DNA from: the human T2T-CHM13v2.0 reference genome, Homo sapiens
Assembly (NCBI RefSeq): GCF_009914755.1
Contig: NC_060947.1
Length of the DNA stretch: 64,000 nt
Strand: one strand, 5' to 3'
Shown: positions 62,367 through 64,000 of the stretch, piece by piece
Layout: each line of letters starts with the position of its first letter
Numbering within the stretch: the first letter of the stretch is position 1
Position numbers and translations under genes: made by a program
The notes under the pieces: model-generated
Database searches by the model: none
The model's input: only the letters and a program-made list of their open reading frames with translations
What the model was told of the DNA's origin: nothing

Positions 62367-64000
62367 CTTTTTCTTATTTTTAGTTTTTGTGAGTGCACAG
62401 TAGGTGTATATATTTATGGGTTACATAAGATATTTTGATACAGGCATGCAATATGTGTTAATTATATAATGGGGTATCCATCACCTCAAGCATTTATCCA
62501 TTGTGTCACAAACAATCCAATTATATTCTTAGAGTTATTTCTAAATGTACAACTAAATTATTTTTGACTATAGTCACCCTGTTGTGCTAGTAAATACTAG
62601 GTCTTATTAATTTTTTCTAACTATTTTTGTACCCATTAACACTCCCCACTTCCCTCCCACTCCTCCACTACTCTCCCTAGCCTCTGGTAACTATCCTTAT
62701 ACTCTATAGTCCCATGAGTTCAATTGTTTCAGATTGCAACTCCCACAAATAACTGAGATCATGCAAAGTCTGTCTTTCTGTGCCTGGCTTATTTCACTTA
62801 ACACAGTGACCTCCAGTTCCATCTATGTTTTAGTAAATCACAAGACTTTGTTCTTTTTATGACTGAATGGTTCTCCATTGTGTATATGTATCACATTTTC
62901 TTTATTCATTCATCTCTTGATGAGCACTTAATTTGCTTCCAAATCTTGGCTGTTGCGAACAGAGCTAAAACACACATGGGAGTGCGGATATCTCTTTGAT
63001 ATATTGGTTTTCCTTGTTTTGGGTATATATCCAGCAGTGGGATTGCTGGATCATATGGTAGCTCAATATTTAGGGTTTTAATGAACTTCCAAACTGTTCT
63101 CCATAGTGATTGTACTAATTTACGTTCCCACCAGCAGTGTAGGTGGATTCCCTTTACTCCACATCCTCGCCAACATTTGTTAGAATCTGACTTTTGGATA
63201 AAAGCCATTTTAACTGGGGTGAGATGATGTCTCATAGTTTTGATTTGCATTTCTCTGATGATCAATGATATTGAACACATTTTCTGTTTGCCATTTGTAT
63301 GCTTTCTTTTGAGAAATGCCTATTCAAACCTTTTGCCCATTTTTTGATTGGATTATTCCATTTTTCTTATAGAGTTGTTTGAGCTTCTTATATATTCTGG
63401 TTATTAATCCCTTAACAGATGGGTATTTTTCAAACATTTTCTCTCATCCTGTGGGTTGTCTCTTCACTTTGTGAATTATTTTCTTTGCTGTGCAGAAGCT
63501 TTTTTACTTAATATGATTCTATTTGTCCATTATGCTTCGGTTGCCTGTGATTGTGGGGTATTAATAAAGAAATTTTGACACAGATCAGCATTCTACAGTT
63601 TTCCTTAAGTTTTTTTGTAGTAATTTTATAGTTTGAGGTCTTAGATTTAAGTCTTTAATCCATTTTGATTTGATATTTATATACGAAAAGAGATTGGTCC
63701 AAGTTTCATTCTTCTGCATATAGATATCCACTTTTTTCAGAACCATTTATTGAAGAGACTCTCTTTTCCCCAGTGTATCTTCTTAACACCTTTCTCAAAA
63801 ATGAGCTCACTGTAGATATGTGGATTTGTTTCTGGGTTCTCTATTCTGTTCCCTTGGACTATGTGTCAGTTTTTATGCCAATACCATGCCATTTTGGTTA
63901 CTATAGCTCTGTAGTATAATTTGAAGTCAGATAATGTGATTCTTCCAGTTTTGTTCATTTTGTTTAGTATAACTTTGGCTATTCTGGGTCTTTTAGAAAT
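62367..64000 (-). mobile_element. L1MA1/2-like 3' portion, runs off the window
   Basis: tattttgatacaggcatgcaat 3'UTR; ORF2 C-terminal peptide 62906-63280. Confidence 0.85.

Overview
AT-rich, repeat-dense human (or great-ape) genomic DNA. It carries seven consecutive internal coding exons of a + strand gene (11408-11508, 17590-17736, 18904-19129, 31076-31300, 44556-44637, 45514-45642, 50262-50454). All have canonical AG/GT boundaries and matching phases, and they splice into one open frame (FSLPVTATAENCILTIYPYMAIHLDKQ...ERILLSWMNINYENTRHVIWKNCHK). From memory this peptide is X-linked CFAP47, in the part formerly annotated CHDC2/CXorf59, running into a calponin-homology domain. The rest is intron filled with L1s (mostly antisense), Alus, MaLR/ERV LTRs, L2, MIR and hAT MITEs. 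Nearly all other ORFs in the track are L1/Alu remnants or chance. I see no new multi-gene system. The best second-look items are: an 85-nt hairpin with a template-switch signature (52014-52098); a ~110-bp direct repeat bracketing a frame-shifting exon (49932/50939); an RFX X-box in a sense solo LTR (16610); two apparent L1 3' transductions (881-907, 39355-39470); and a twin-primed L1 nested in another twin-primed L1 (21300-27840). Repeat subfamily names are from recall and need RepeatMasker/Dfam confirmation.
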